NCBI GenBank assembly: GCA_965228905.1
Contig: CBDDII010000003.1
Span: 2,431,594 to 2,495,593, forward strand
Source: Paracoccaceae bacterium
GTDB taxonomy: Bacteria; Pseudomonadota; Alphaproteobacteria; Rhodobacterales; Rhodobacteraceae
Length of the DNA: 64,000 bases
Direction of reading: 5' to 3'
Position numbers and translations under genes: made by a program. The first letter of the stretch is position 1; each line of letters begins with the position of its first letter. Of this stretch, positions 19,521-29,505 are shown piece after piece. The notes under the pieces are model-generated. The model was not told where the DNA came from. It did not search any database and saw only the letters and a program-made list of their open reading frames with translations.

Positions 19521-19567
19521 TCGGTCTTTTCCTTGGAAGCCGCCGCTCTGCGCCCCATATTAACCCC

Positions 19568-20263
19568 ATGTTGAAGTTCACCCCCATCCTGTTGGCCATC
19601 ATCTATGCGCTGGTGATGTACAAGTTTTCCGCCTGGCGCACGGCGGCCGAGCTTGATTCAAAATCATCCGAACTGGCCGATCCGGAGTTGAAGCGCCTGA
19701 CCGACAAGATGGCCGGGGCATTGGATCTGCCACGGGTGCGGGTCCACATCTATGAAATCGAACCGGTGAACGGGCTGGCGGCCCCGGACGGGCGCATATT
19801 CCTGACGCGCGGCTTTTATCAGAAATACCGCGACGGCGAGGTGACGGCGGAAGAAATGGCCAGCGTCATCGCCCATGAGTTGGGCCATGTCGCCTTGGGC
19901 CATTCGCGCCGCCGGATGATCGACTTTTCGGGGCAGAACGCGCTTCGGACGGCGTTGATGATGATTTTGGGGCGGGTTTTGCCGGGCCTTGGCGTGTTGA
20001 TCGCCAATGCGCTGACCACGATGCTGGCGGCGCGATTGTCACGCTCGGACGAATACGAGGCGGACGCCTATGCCTCGGCCCTTCTGACCAAGTCGGGCAT
20101 CGGCACCGAACCGCAGAAATCGCTGTTCACCAAGCTGGAAAAGCTGACCGGCGCGCGCGGTGCAAAGACGCCGGTCTGGCTGATGAGCCATCCGAAGACT
20201 CGCGACCGCATCGCGGCCATCGAGAAACTGGAAGCAAGGTGGAGCGAGGTGGCTCAGACCTGA
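19568..20263 (+). CDS. M48-family zinc metallopeptidase (HtpX-like)
   Basis: The HELGHVALGH (HExxH) motif is followed by a downstream E/D. There is an N-terminal TM helix. The start is the internal ATG of track ORF 19088..20263. Confidence 0.8.
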   Translation: MLKFTPILLAIIYALVMYKFSAWRTAAELDSKSSELADPELKRLTDKMAGALDLPRVRVHIYEIEPVNGLAAPDGRIFLTRGFYQKYRDGEVTAEEMASVIAHELGHVALGHSRRRMIDFSGQNALRTALMMILGRVLPGLGVLIANALTTMLAARLSRSDEYEADAYASALLTKSGIGTEPQKSLFTKLEKLTGARGAKTPVWLMSHPKTRDRIAAIEKLEARWSEVAQT

Positions 20264-20799
20264 GCATGAGCCTTTCCCAACCGGGGCAGCCGCGCCTTCT
20301 TGAGGATCTTGCGCGGATCGGATGTGTCGATGCCATGGGCGGTGGCGCGGGCTAGCACATCATTGATGACACCCGACATGCGCGCGTGGTCATCGTGCCA
20401 GATCTCCAACAGAAACTCGTCGGGATGACGCCGGATCACCCCCTCGGCGGCAAGCGCATTGGTTGGAAAGTCCCTGATGTTGAGCGTCAAAAGTTCATCC
20501 GCCCCACCATCGATGGCGGCGGCAAAAACGTGGTTGTCGTCGGGGTCGGGAAGGCTCAACCGGGCTTCGGTCGCTTCTGACGCCTCGACGAGTGCATTCG
20601 GAAAACGCGCCTTCGCCATGGCGATCTCCACCGCTGCAATCTCGCCATCGCGCGGGGAATGGCGCAGCCCGGCGCGGTGCCATTCGTCAAGGATACGCGG
20701 CGACCAGAGCGGCTGAAAAGCTAACGCTTCGGCAGCGCCAAGCGTCAACTCGCGCAGAACGGTCGGGAACAGAACGCAGGCGTCGATCAGCACTTTCAT
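20254..20799 (-). CDS. PIN-domain-like protein
   Basis: The N-terminus is MKVLIDACVLFP with acidic residues spaced as in PIN nucleases. The assignment rests on the motif only. It is translationally coupled (ATGA) to rlmI upstream. Confidence 0.5.
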   Translation of the reverse strand: MKVLIDACVLFPTVLRELTLGAAEALAFQPLWSPRILDEWHRAGLRHSPRDGEIAAVEIAMAKARFPNALVEASEATEARLSLPDPDDNHVFAAAIDGGADELLTLNIRDFPTNALAAEGVIRRHPDEFLLEIWHDDHARMSGVINDVLARATAHGIDTSDPRKILKKARLPRLGKAHAQV

Positions 20800-21986
20800 G
20801 GCAAAAGCCTGAAGGTGATCGCCTTCAGATACCCGCTTTCCGCCAAGGACGGATGCAAGGGATGATCCGGCCCCGCGAATCCCGTTCGCAGGATCTGCGC
20901 CTGCCCCCCGGCCCGTCCGATCCCGCGAAGGGACGCCGTGCGGAACGCATCCAGCCCGGCGGCATGGCTACAGGAACAAAGGGTCAGCGTGCCGCCCGGT
21001 TCGACCAGTGGCGTGGCGAGACGCGCGACGCGCTCATAAGCACGAAGTCCGGCGTCGAGCGCCTTTTTGGAAGGGGCAAAGGCGGGCGGGTCGCAGATAA
21101 CCGTGCCGAAACGCCGGCCTTCTTCGGCAAGGGCGGCAAGCACGTAAAAGGCATCGCCTTTGCAGGTCTCGAAACGTGCGTCCACACCACTTGCCTTTGC
21201 ACCGTCCTCGGCCAGCGACAGTGCAGGCTCCGAGCCATCGACGGCCAAGGCCCTGGTCGCGCCACCGGCAAGTGCCGCAAGCGCAAAGCCCCCGACATGC
21301 GAGAACACGTCCAGCACCTCGGTGCCCTTCGCCAGCTTGGCGACAAAGGCGTGATTGGGTCGCTGGTCAAAGAACAACCCGGTCTTCTGGCCGCCGGTCA
21401 GGTCGGCCATGTAGGTCGCCCCGTTCATGGGCACGGGCACCGGACCATCCACACCGCCTAGAAGAATCGCGCTTTCGTCATCCAGACCTTCAAGGCCACG
21501 GGCACGACCCGAAGCGTTCTTCAGGATCGTGGAGACACCGGGAATTTCGGAAAGCACCGCCGTCAGATCCCCGATCATCGCGTCGATCCAGGCGGCATTG
21601 GGCTGAACCACCAGAGCCGCGCCAAAGCGGTCGATCACGGTGCCCGGCAGGCCGTCGGCCTCGGCATGGATCAGGCGATAGAAAGGTGCATCGTAGAAAC
21701 GCTCGCGCAACTCCAGCGCGGCGGTGATCTTGGCGGCAAGCCAGTCGCGGTCGATCGCAACCTCGGGATCCCGTTCAAGGACACGGGCGGTGATACGAGA
21801 CTCGGGGTTTACGGTGACCGTGGCAAGGAAGCGCCGCTCGCTGTCTTCCAAGGTGGCGATTGAGCCCGGCGGGAGTGCGCGGCTGCGGCGGTCCAGAACC
21901 AATTCGTTCTGGTAGACCCAGGGAAACCCGCGCCTGATGCGGCGCGGATCCATTTTCGGGCGGAGGCGGATGACAGCTGTGTTCAT
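20796..21986 (-). CDS. rlmI: Class I SAM-dependent rRNA methyltransferase (RlmI/RlmK-like, PUA plus MTase domains)
   Basis: An N-terminal PUA-like region and a C-terminal Rossmann MTase (VLDVFSHVGGFAL). Confidence 0.8.
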   Translation of the reverse strand: MNTAVIRLRPKMDPRRIRRGFPWVYQNELVLDRRSRALPPGSIATLEDSERRFLATVTVNPESRITARVLERDPEVAIDRDWLAAKITAALELRERFYDAPFYRLIHAEADGLPGTVIDRFGAALVVQPNAAWIDAMIGDLTAVLSEIPGVSTILKNASGRARGLEGLDDESAILLGGVDGPVPVPMNGATYMADLTGGQKTGLFFDQRPNHAFVAKLAKGTEVLDVFSHVGGFALAALAGGATRALAVDGSEPALSLAEDGAKASGVDARFETCKGDAFYVLAALAEEGRRFGTVICDPPAFAPSKKALDAGLRAYERVARLATPLVEPGGTLTLCSCSHAAGLDAFRTASLRGIGRAGGQAQILRTGFAGPDHPLHPSLAESGYLKAITFRLLP

Positions 21987-22249
21987 CCCCCTCCCTTATC
22001 GGCAAGTCCCCGACGCGAAAAGCGCTTAGCGTCTGCGCAGGCGCGAGAACAGGGATTTCAGGTATTCGGCGCGCAGGGCACGTGCCCGTTCTTCGATGCG
22101 CAGGGGACGGCCGTTCGTAGAGTACAACATTGGAAACCTTCGTGTTAAGTTGTTGCCGCATAAGTGGCTGATGACGTGGGAAAGAAAACCGACGTTTCCG
22201 CATTCCCGATATGCGATTTCTGCAATGCAGCACGCGACATTTTGAGCGT

Positions 22250-22263
22250 TGTTAGCGGTAACA
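22250..22263. promoter_or_regulatory. 14-bp LacI-family-type palindrome TGTTAGCGGTAACA, about 40 bp upstream of edd (GntR-operator-like)
   Basis: A perfect inverted repeat TGTTA-N4-TAACA. It resembles the enterobacterial GntR operator TGTTACCGGTAACA. No LacI-type regulator gene is present in the window. Confidence 0.4.
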
Positions 22264-22303
22264 AATGAGCGTAGAAAGGAAACATCAGCCAAGGGAGGCC
22301 CAG

Positions 22304-24115
22304 ATGACGACCGGATTGAATGAGACTGTTCGCCGTGTCACGGACCGCGTGATCGCACGCTCCGAGGGACCGCGCTCAGCCTATCTGAAAAAGATCGACG
22401 CCGCGCAGAAACAGGGCGTGAAACGCGCCCATCTGACCTGCGGCAACCAGGCCCATGCCTATGCGGCCATGGGGTCGGACAAGGACCGGCTTGTCGCCGA
22501 CAAGGCGCCGAACATCGGCATCGTCACGGCCTATAACGACATGCTTTCGGCCCACCAGCCGTTCAAGGATTACCCCGACATCATCAAGGCAGCGGCGCGA
22601 AAGTCGGGCGGAACGGCACAGGTGGCGGGCGGCGTGCCTGCAATGTGCGATGGCGTGACCCAAGGCCAGACGGGCATGGAGTTGAGCCTCTTTTCCCGCG
22701 ACGTGATCGCGCTGGCCACCGGCGTTGCCCTTTCCCACAACACCTTTGATTCCGCGCTTTACCTCGGGGTGTGCGACAAGATCGTGCCGGGCCTCATCAT
22801 CGCTGCGGCGACCTTCGGGCATATCCCCGGCATTTTCGTCCCGGCTGGCCCCATGACAAGCGGCATTCCGAACGATGAGAAATCCAAGGTGCGCCAGGAC
22901 TTTGCAACCGGGAAGGTCGGGCGCGAGGAATTGATGAAGGCCGAGATGGCGTCGTACCACGGGCCGGGCACCTGCACCTTTTACGGCACCGCGAACTCGA
23001 ACCAGATGCTGATGGAGTTCATGGGGCTGCACCTGCCCGGCGCCAGCTTCATCACCCCCGGCACGCCCCTGCGCGACGCCCTGACCGAGGAAGCCGCACG
23101 CCGTGCGCTGGCCATTACCGCCGAAGGCAACGATTACCGACCGGTGGCGCAGGTCTTGGACGAACGCGCCTTTGTCAACGGGATCGTTGGGCTGATGGCG
23201 ACGGGCGGGTCGACCAACCTTGTGCTGCACCTGCCCGCCATGGCCCGTGCTGCTGGCGTGATCCTGGATGTCGAGGATTTCAATGACCTGTCCTCGGTCG
23301 TGCCCCTGATGGCCAAGGTCTATCCGAACGGGTTGGCCGACGTGAACCACTTTCATGCCGCCGGTGGCTTGCCCTTCATGATTGGCGAATTGTTGAACGC
23401 GGGATTGCTGCACGAGGAGGTGCGGACCATCGCGGGCGACGGGTTGTCGCTTTATGCCAAGGAGCCAAAGCTGAAGGATGGCGAACTCGTTTGGGAAGAC
23501 GGCCCCGGCGTTTCCGAGAACGAAAAGATTCTGCGCCCCGCCGCAAATCCCTTCCAATCGACCGGGGGACTGTCCGAATTGAAAGGCAACCTCGGGCGTT
23601 CGGTGATGAAGGTCTCGGCCGTGGCCGAGGAACATCGCATCATCGAGGCCCCGGCCCGCGTCTTTCACGACCAGGAAAGCGTCAAGGCCGCCTTCAGCAA
23701 TGGTGAATTGACCGAGGATGTGGTGATCGTCGTGCGTTTCCAGGGGCCGAAGTCGAACGGTATGCCGGAATTGCACGGGCTGACCCCGGCGCTTTCGGTG
23801 CTGCAATCGCGAGGGATCAGGACGGCGCTGGTGACTGACGGACGCATGTCCGGGGCCTCGGGCAAGGTGCCTGCCGCCATTCACCTTTCGCCTGAGGCCG
23901 CTGATGGGGGTGCGATCGCAAAGGTGCGCGACGGTGACATGCTGCGGGTCGACGCGGTTGCGGGCACGCTGGACGTGCTGGAGGCGGACTTTGACAGCCG
24001 AACACCCGTGACCGCCGATCTCACGGACAACGAAACAGGGCTGGGCCGGGAACTTTTTGCCGCTTTCCGCCAGAACTGCTGTGCGGCCTCGGACGGCGGC
24101 GCATTGGTCGTTTGA
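22304..24115 (+). CDS. edd: Phosphogluconate dehydratase (Entner-Doudoroff)
   Basis: An IlvD/Edd family protein with the Fe-S ligand motifs CDGVTQG and CDKIVPG. The track ORF begins at 22265, and the start is chosen at MTTGLNE. Confidence 0.85.
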   Translation: MTTGLNETVRRVTDRVIARSEGPRSAYLKKIDAAQKQGVKRAHLTCGNQAHAYAAMGSDKDRLVADKAPNIGIVTAYNDMLSAHQPFKDYPDIIKAAARKSGGTAQVAGGVPAMCDGVTQGQTGMELSLFSRDVIALATGVALSHNTFDSALYLGVCDKIVPGLIIAAATFGHIPGIFVPAGPMTSGIPNDEKSKVRQDFATGKVGREELMKAEMASYHGPGTCTFYGTANSNQMLMEFMGLHLPGASFITPGTPLRDALTEEAARRALAITAEGNDYRPVAQVLDERAFVNGIVGLMATGGSTNLVLHLPAMARAAGVILDVEDFNDLSSVVPLMAKVYPNGLADVNHFHAAGGLPFMIGELLNAGLLHEEVRTIAGDGLSLYAKEPKLKDGELVWEDGPGVSENEKILRPAANPFQSTGGLSELKGNLGRSVMKVSAVAEEHRIIEAPARVFHDQESVKAAFSNGELTEDVVIVVRFQGPKSNGMPELHGLTPALSVLQSRGIRTALVTDGRMSGASGKVPAAIHLSPEAADGGAIAKVRDGDMLRVDAVAGTLDVLEADFDSRTPVTADLTDNETGLGRELFAAFRQNCCAASDGGALVV

Positions 24116-24164
24116 CCTTGGCCCCTGCCCATTGCACAAAGCCGCAACCACGAAAGGACAGCCA

Positions 24165-24806
24165 ATGACCCCCAGTGAAGCCAGCGCCAAGGCGCGCGAG
24201 ATTTGCCTTTTGGCCCCCGTGGTGCCGGTGATCGTCGTTTCCGACATCGCCCATGCCCGCCCTCTGGCCGAAGCATTGGTCGCGGGCGGTCTGCCCGCGC
24301 TGGAGGTCACCTTGCGCACACCGGTCGCCTTGGACGCGATCCGCGAGATGGCCTCGGTCGAAGGCGGGGTTGTCGGGGCCGGAACACTGCTGACGCCGGA
24401 TGACGTCAAGGCCGCCAAGGACGCCGGTGCCACCTTCGGCGTTTCACCGGGCGCGACCGACACGCTTTTGAAAGTCGCCGAAGACGCCGACCTTCCGATG
24501 CTGCCCGGTGCCGCCACCGCAAGCGAGGTCATGGCCCTTCTTGAACGCGGCTACACGGTACAAAAGTTTTTTCCGGCAGAAACCTCCGGCGGCGCACCCG
24601 CACTGAAGGCCCTGTCATCTCCCCTGCCCCAGGTCAGTTTCTGCCCGACGGGCGGCGTCAGCCTGAAGAACGTGAACGACTACCTGGCCCTGCCGAACAC
24701 CCTTTGCGTCGGTGGCTCCTGGGTCGCACCAGCCGATCTTGTCGCAAAAGGGGATTGGGCGGGCATCGAGGCACTGGCGAAAGAGGCCGCTGCCCTTAGC
24801 GCCTAG
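24165..24806 (+). CDS. eda: 2-dehydro-3-deoxyphosphogluconate (KDPG) aldolase
   Basis: An Eda TIM-barrel protein with the VKFFPAE and CPTGGV motifs. The start is the internal ATG of track ORF 24057..24806. Confidence 0.85.
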   Translation: MTPSEASAKAREICLLAPVVPVIVVSDIAHARPLAEALVAGGLPALEVTLRTPVALDAIREMASVEGGVVGAGTLLTPDDVKAAKDAGATFGVSPGATDTLLKVAEDADLPMLPGAATASEVMALLERGYTVQKFFPAETSGGAPALKALSSPLPQVSFCPTGGVSLKNVNDYLALPNTLCVGGSWVAPADLVAKGDWAGIEALAKEAAALSA

Positions 24807-25087
24807 ACGCGACGCCCCCGCGCGCCGCCGCGCCGACCGGTACGCTTTGGCGGCTCCAATGCCTCTTTAAGCACGCTCAACATCGGATGGCCCGGGTGCG
24901 CTGCGCTGTAGTCCTGAAGCAGCGACTTCAGATAAGCCTTCGGCTCTGCCGTGGTCGGGATCGAGATCGCCCAATCCAGAAAGATCGAACGGCATTCGGG
25001 TTCCGAGATGCCTTCGATCCTGAAACTTTCGCGGATCAACCCCTTGGGATCGCGTTCATCCTGCATGGTCGGCCTTGGTCCTGACAT
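24803..25087 (-). CDS. Small conserved hypothetical protein
   Basis: A 94-aa ORF between eda and glnE. Its 3' end overlaps the eda stop by 4 bp. The longer start at 25126 would overlap glnE by 26 nt. Confidence 0.35.
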   Translation of the reverse strand: MSGPRPTMQDERDPKGLIRESFRIEGISEPECRSIFLDWAISIPTTAEPKAYLKSLLQDYSAAHPGHPMLSVLKEALEPPKRTGRRGGARGRRV

Positions 25088-25100
25088 AGTTTTGCGGACG

Positions 25101-27905
25101 CTAAACGCTTGCCCCGCCACTGCCAAGAGCCTTTGAAATCAGGGCATCGACCCATTTCGCCGTCGCCTCCGTATCTGCGCGAAGGTCGCCCAGACTGTCC
25201 ATACCGCTGCCCCTCAGCAGAAAACCACAGGCTCCCGCGCCAAGGTCTTCGCCAGCCTCATCGCTTCGGATCAGCCTCAGCACCGCCTGGATGCGCCAAA
25301 ACTCCTCCGCCGCGGCCTCAAGCTGTGCCTGGTCAGTCTCGGCGAGGCCGAAGGCATTCCTGACGTGACCAAGCTGATCTGCCGGTCGATAATCCGCGCT
25401 GCCAGCCAGAAGCGTCGCGGTCTGCGACAAAAGCTCGATGTCCTGAAGCCGCCCCGCCCCGGTCTTGGCATCCAGCCCGCCCCGTGCTGGCTTTGCCTCG
25501 CTCAGACGTCGGCGCATGTCGCTGACGTCCTTCAGCACCTTCGCGCGATCCCGAGGTTTCGCCAGAAGGTCACGCCGGAAAGTTTCGATCTCTTGCATCA
25601 GCGTGGCTTCGCCCGCCACGACCCGCGCACGGGTCAAGGCCAGATGCTCCCAGGTCCAGGCCTCTTCGGTTTGGTAATTCCTGAACGAATTCAGTGAGGT
25701 CGCGACCGGCCCCTGCCGCCCCGAGGGACGCAGGCGCATGTCCACCTCGAACAGCCGTCCTTCGGATGTCGGGGCTGAAAGCGCGGTAACAAGGGCTTGT
25801 GTCAGGCGTGAAAAATAGGGCCGTGTGGCAAGGGGGCGCGGACCTTCCGAGGCCTCTTCCCCCTGCCCGTCATAAATGACGATCAAGTCAAGATCGGATC
25901 CGGCGTTCAGCCGCTCTGCGCCGAGCGAGCCCATGGCCAGAACCGCCGCCCCGCGCCCCGGTGCGGGCCCGTGCTTCGCGGCGAATTGCACCTGAACCTC
26001 GGGCCAGAGGCCCTTCACCACGGCACCTGCCAGATCCGCATATTGCCCGCCGCTTTCCCCGGCATCAATTAATCCGCGCAGATGGTGCACACCGACGCGA
26101 AACTGCCATTCCCGCGCCCAGACCCGTGCCACGTCCAGCTTCTTTTCATAGTCGTCTTCGCGCGACAGCCGTTCAGTAAGCTCGCCCAAAAGCACATCCT
26201 GCCCCGGCCAATCGGAAAAGAACTGACCGCCAAGGACGGCATCAAGGACCTGGGCATTGCGCGACAGGTAAAGTCCAAGACCCGGCGCGGTGTCGATGAT
26301 GTCGACCACGAGGTCCAGCAGTTGGGGGTTGGCTTCGAACAGCGAAAAAAGCTGAACACCTGCCGGCAAGCCCCTCAGGAAACCGTCGAAGTGATTGAGC
26401 GCCTCTTCGGGGTGGGTGGCCGTCGCAAGGCGGCGGCGCAGCTTGGGCCAGACGCGACCGAAGATTTTCACTGCCCGATCGCTGCGCAGGGCCGGATAGC
26501 CCATCCAGCGTTCGACCATGGGAGCGGTGTCGAATGCGATCTCCTGCCCGGTTTCCTCTTTCGGCGCAGAGTCACCGCCCGGCGTGAAAAAAACCTCGGT
26601 CAGGCGATGAACCCGGATCAGGCGTTCGGTGATCTCGGTGGCATAATCGGCGGGCGCGCGTCCTGAAAGGCTTGCAAGACGCGCGAATTCTTCTTCCGTG
26701 TCGGGCAATTCGTGGGTTTGCTGGTCGGCGATCATCTGGACGCGATGTTCGACCTCGCGGTGCGCACGATAGTCGGCGATCAGCGTCTCGGCATCGTCGG
26801 GCGACACCCATCCCTTCGCCGCCAACTGCCGCAACCCGCCCACGGTGGTGGGATCGCGCAACTCCGGATCGCGCCCGCCCGCGATGATCTGGCGCGTCTG
26901 GGTGAAAAACTCGATCTCGCGGATGCCCCCCTGTCCGAGTTTCATATCGTGGCAGAGGTGCGACGGCGCCTGGTACAAGCCTTTGTGTTCGCGGATCCGG
27001 AGCCGCATGTCCTGCGCGTCCTGGATCGCGGCGTAGTCCAGATGCCGCCGCCAGATGAACGGCATCAGGGCTTCGAGGAACCGTTCGCCCGCCACGACGT
27101 CCCCGGCGGCGGCCCGCGCCTTGATGAACGCCGCCCTTTCCCAGGTGCGGCCGAAACTTTCATAGTACCGCTCGGCCGCTTCCATCGAGATGGCGACCGG
27201 CGTCACACTGGCGTCGGGGCGCAGGCGCAGATCGGTGCGAAAGACGTAACCGTCGGCGGTGCGTTCGGACAGGATCTGGGTCATCGCCCGCACCGCACGC
27301 ACGAAACTGGTGCGCGCTGCGGCATAGTCATCCGTCTCAAAGCGCGTTTCATCAAAAAGGCAGATCAGGTCGATGTCGGAAGAGTAATTCAACTCCCCTG
27401 CCCCCATCTTGCCCATGGCAAGCACGGCCAGGCCACCCGCAACGGTGAGGTCATCCATCGTCTGGCCGGGCAGCTTGCCGCGCTGGATTTCGCGCCGGAT
27501 CGTTGTCGTGAGTGCTACGTTTACGGCGCGGTCGGCAAAACGTGTGAGAGCGCAGGTCACTTCTTCCAGCGACCAGACGCCCGCCAGATCGGCCAGACCT
27601 GTCAAAATCGCCATGCGCGCCTTGCCCTGTCGCAAGTGCGCCATGACCGCCTTTTGATCCTCGGGCGGCGTATCATGCAAAAGCGCTTCGAAAGCCGTTT
27701 CCGGTTGCCCCGTCAAAGCCTCTGCCAGCCACGCCCCTTCCCGGCGCATCAAATCGGCCATGTGCGGGGAAGAACCGGCGGCCCCTTCGATCAACTTTAC
27801 GAGTTCGCCCGAAAGGCCCGGAACGTGTTTCAGGGCCTCTTCGCCCCGTTCGGCATCGTGGGCACGGGGCATTCGGCTTATTCGGTCTGCGAAACTGGTG
27901 TTCAT
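25101..27905 (-). CDS. glnE: Bifunctional glutamine synthetase adenylyltransferase/adenylyl-removing enzyme
   Basis: A 934-aa protein with two nucleotidyltransferase domains (two GxGxxGxxELxxxSDIDL-like motifs). Confidence 0.85.
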   Translation of the reverse strand: MNTSFADRISRMPRAHDAERGEEALKHVPGLSGELVKLIEGAAGSSPHMADLMRREGAWLAEALTGQPETAFEALLHDTPPEDQKAVMAHLRQGKARMAILTGLADLAGVWSLEEVTCALTRFADRAVNVALTTTIRREIQRGKLPGQTMDDLTVAGGLAVLAMGKMGAGELNYSSDIDLICLFDETRFETDDYAAARTSFVRAVRAMTQILSERTADGYVFRTDLRLRPDASVTPVAISMEAAERYYESFGRTWERAAFIKARAAAGDVVAGERFLEALMPFIWRRHLDYAAIQDAQDMRLRIREHKGLYQAPSHLCHDMKLGQGGIREIEFFTQTRQIIAGGRDPELRDPTTVGGLRQLAAKGWVSPDDAETLIADYRAHREVEHRVQMIADQQTHELPDTEEEFARLASLSGRAPADYATEITERLIRVHRLTEVFFTPGGDSAPKEETGQEIAFDTAPMVERWMGYPALRSDRAVKIFGRVWPKLRRRLATATHPEEALNHFDGFLRGLPAGVQLFSLFEANPQLLDLVVDIIDTAPGLGLYLSRNAQVLDAVLGGQFFSDWPGQDVLLGELTERLSREDDYEKKLDVARVWAREWQFRVGVHHLRGLIDAGESGGQYADLAGAVVKGLWPEVQVQFAAKHGPAPGRGAAVLAMGSLGAERLNAGSDLDLIVIYDGQGEEASEGPRPLATRPYFSRLTQALVTALSAPTSEGRLFEVDMRLRPSGRQGPVATSLNSFRNYQTEEAWTWEHLALTRARVVAGEATLMQEIETFRRDLLAKPRDRAKVLKDVSDMRRRLSEAKPARGGLDAKTGAGRLQDIELLSQTATLLAGSADYRPADQLGHVRNAFGLAETDQAQLEAAAEEFWRIQAVLRLIRSDEAGEDLGAGACGFLLRGSGMDSLGDLRADTEATAKWVDALISKALGSGGASV

Positions 27906-27968
27906 GGAGCAAGGCTACCTCGCCTGTTTCGGCTTGCAAGCCGAATGCATTGGGGGCAGCACGGTGTC

Positions 27969-28445
27969 ATGAGCAAGAGTTTGAAACGTGTGAAGGCCGC
28001 GCTGGATGCGGCAGGGGTCGATCCGCAGGTGATGGAAATGCCGGGCGAGACCCGCACGGCGGCAGATGCCGCGCGCGAGGCGGGCTGCGATATCGACCAG
28101 ATCGCCAAATCCATCATTTTTCGCGGCGAGGACAGCGGCGCGGTGGTGCTGTTCATCACGGCGGGTGGTAACCAGGTGGACGCGACGAAGGCTTCGGCGG
28201 TTGCAGGTGAACCCCTTGGGCGGGCCGACGCCAACTTCGTGCGCCAGGTCACCGGTTTCGCCATCGGGGGCGTCGCGCCCGTCGGGCACCTCAATCCGCC
28301 ACATGTCTTTTTCGATGCGCGCCTGTCGGATTTTGACACGGTTTATGCCGCCGCTGGTACGCCCCGGCATATATTCCCGATTGATCCTTCGGTTCTCTTG
28401 CGAATTTCTGGCGCGAAACTCGCCGATTTCACCGTCGCGACATGA
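27969..28445 (+). CDS. YbaK/ProX-type aminoacyl-tRNA deacylase
   Basis: The product is MSKSLKRVKAAL…AKSIIFRGE…GGVAPVGH. Only this C-terminal part of track ORF 26712..28445 is real; the rest is antisense to glnE. Confidence 0.65.
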   Translation: MSKSLKRVKAALDAAGVDPQVMEMPGETRTAADAAREAGCDIDQIAKSIIFRGEDSGAVVLFITAGGNQVDATKASAVAGEPLGRADANFVRQVTGFAIGGVAPVGHLNPPHVFFDARLSDFDTVYAAAGTPRHIFPIDPSVLLRISGAKLADFTVAT

Positions 28446-28493
28446 ACCCAGGCGCAGGTTAACGCCCAACTAGATCCGAACGAAAGGATTGAA

Positions 28494-28886
28494 ATGAAAA
28501 GAGTTCTGACCCTCGCCGCATTCGCCCTCGGGCTTGGTCTTCTGCCAGGCACAGCACTCGCACAATCCTTGATGTTCCAATATTTCGCCACGCTATCGCC
28601 GGGGGACACGTACAATTCACGAGGTGTGCCGCTGGATGATGTCTGCGCCATCGTGCGGCAGGATCGCGCGAATGTTTACAATCGCGGAAACCCGGACGGG
28701 GATGAGCCAGACGGTTTTTTCACCACGCCGGAACGGCGCGCCATGATTGCCGGAAAGTGCGAGTATGGCCGGAACCATCACACGGTGTCGCGCATACGCA
28801 GTCAATTCATCGGATTCGTGCTTGTGCGTGTCTACGGCTCTGGAGGGACGGTGACCCGCGTCCAAATCCTTGAAGCCGCTGGATAG
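28494..28886 (+). CDS. Secreted hypothetical protein
   Basis: A Sec signal peptide (ALGLGLLPGTALAQ). It has no family assignment. Confidence 0.5.
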   Translation: MKRVLTLAAFALGLGLLPGTALAQSLMFQYFATLSPGDTYNSRGVPLDDVCAIVRQDRANVYNRGNPDGDEPDGFFTTPERRAMIAGKCEYGRNHHTVSRIRSQFIGFVLVRVYGSGGTVTRVQILEAAG

Positions 28887-28989
28887 AAAATTCAAATTAA
28901 AACATTTGAAATCAAACGGCTAACCCAATAATGTAAAAATAGTTCACATTTTCTCTTGAACTGACCCCCCGCGCTCCTGATATGAGGTA

Positions 28990-29006
28990 TGTGAAAGACA
29001 TTCACA
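28990..29006. promoter_or_regulatory. Palindrome TGTGAA-N5-TTCACA in an AT-rich intergenic island, 25 bp upstream of the first paralog gene
   Basis: An inverted repeat is visible. It is CRP/FNR-like in sequence but with a 7-nt rather than 6-nt spacer. Confidence 0.3.
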
Positions 29007-29030
29007 TTACTCAAACCAAGGAGCACATAG

Positions 29031-29453
29031 ATGACCACCGCAACTCTGACAGCCACCCCCTCTCGTCACGAAGGCTGGCTGCGCCGTAGCGAGCGCTGGC
29101 TGGACGAGCGCGGGAAAGGCGCTTGGATCATAGCCATGGTTCTTGGCTTTATCGTCTTCTGGCCCATTGGCCTTGCCCTTCTGGCCTACATGATCTGGAG
29201 CAAACGCATGTTCAACCGTTCCTGCGCCGTGAGGCGCGCCAACGTCCGCGCCGCCTTCAAGTCCAGCGGCAACACCGCCTTCGACGCCTACAAGCAGGAC
29301 ACCCTGCGCCGGCTCGAAGATGAACAGGACGCCTTTGAAGCCTTCCTGCAGCGTCTGCGCGACGCCAAGGACAAGGCCGAGTTCGACCAATTCATGGAAG
29401 ACCGCGCCAAGACCGCGAAGGAAGACTCTGAAAAGACCGAGGAAAACGCCTAA
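29031..29453 (+). CDS. Membrane-anchored coiled-coil protein, paralog A (DUF2852-like; family assignment uncertain)
   Basis: One TM helix (IIAMVLGFIVFWPIGLALLAY) is followed by a conserved C-terminal motif: FDAYKQDTLRRLEDEQDAFEAFLQRLRDAKDKAEFDQF. Confidence 0.6.
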   Translation: MTTATLTATPSRHEGWLRRSERWLDERGKGAWIIAMVLGFIVFWPIGLALLAYMIWSKRMFNRSCAVRRANVRAAFKSSGNTAFDAYKQDTLRRLEDEQDAFEAFLQRLRDAKDKAEFDQFMEDRAKTAKEDSEKTEENA

Positions 29454-29505
29454 GGCGGTCCTCTCTTCGGGTCCCGTATTGTCGGGGCCCGAAACATCCA
29501 ACAGC

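Noticed and set aside
22026-22131. A 34-aa ORF (MLYSTNGRPLRIEERARALRAEYLKSLFSRLRRR) divergent from edd
   Set aside because: It is very short and Arg-rich with no ribosome-binding site, so it is likely non-coding promoter sequence. Kept only as a note.
22376-24532. A 718-aa minus-strand ORF opposite edd and eda
   Set aside because: It is antisense to two strongly supported metabolic genes.
26712-27968. The upstream 420 codons of track ORF 26712..28445
   Set aside because: This part is antisense to glnE. Only the terminal 158 codons, from ATG 27969 (the YbaK-like deacylase), have a credible protein sequence.
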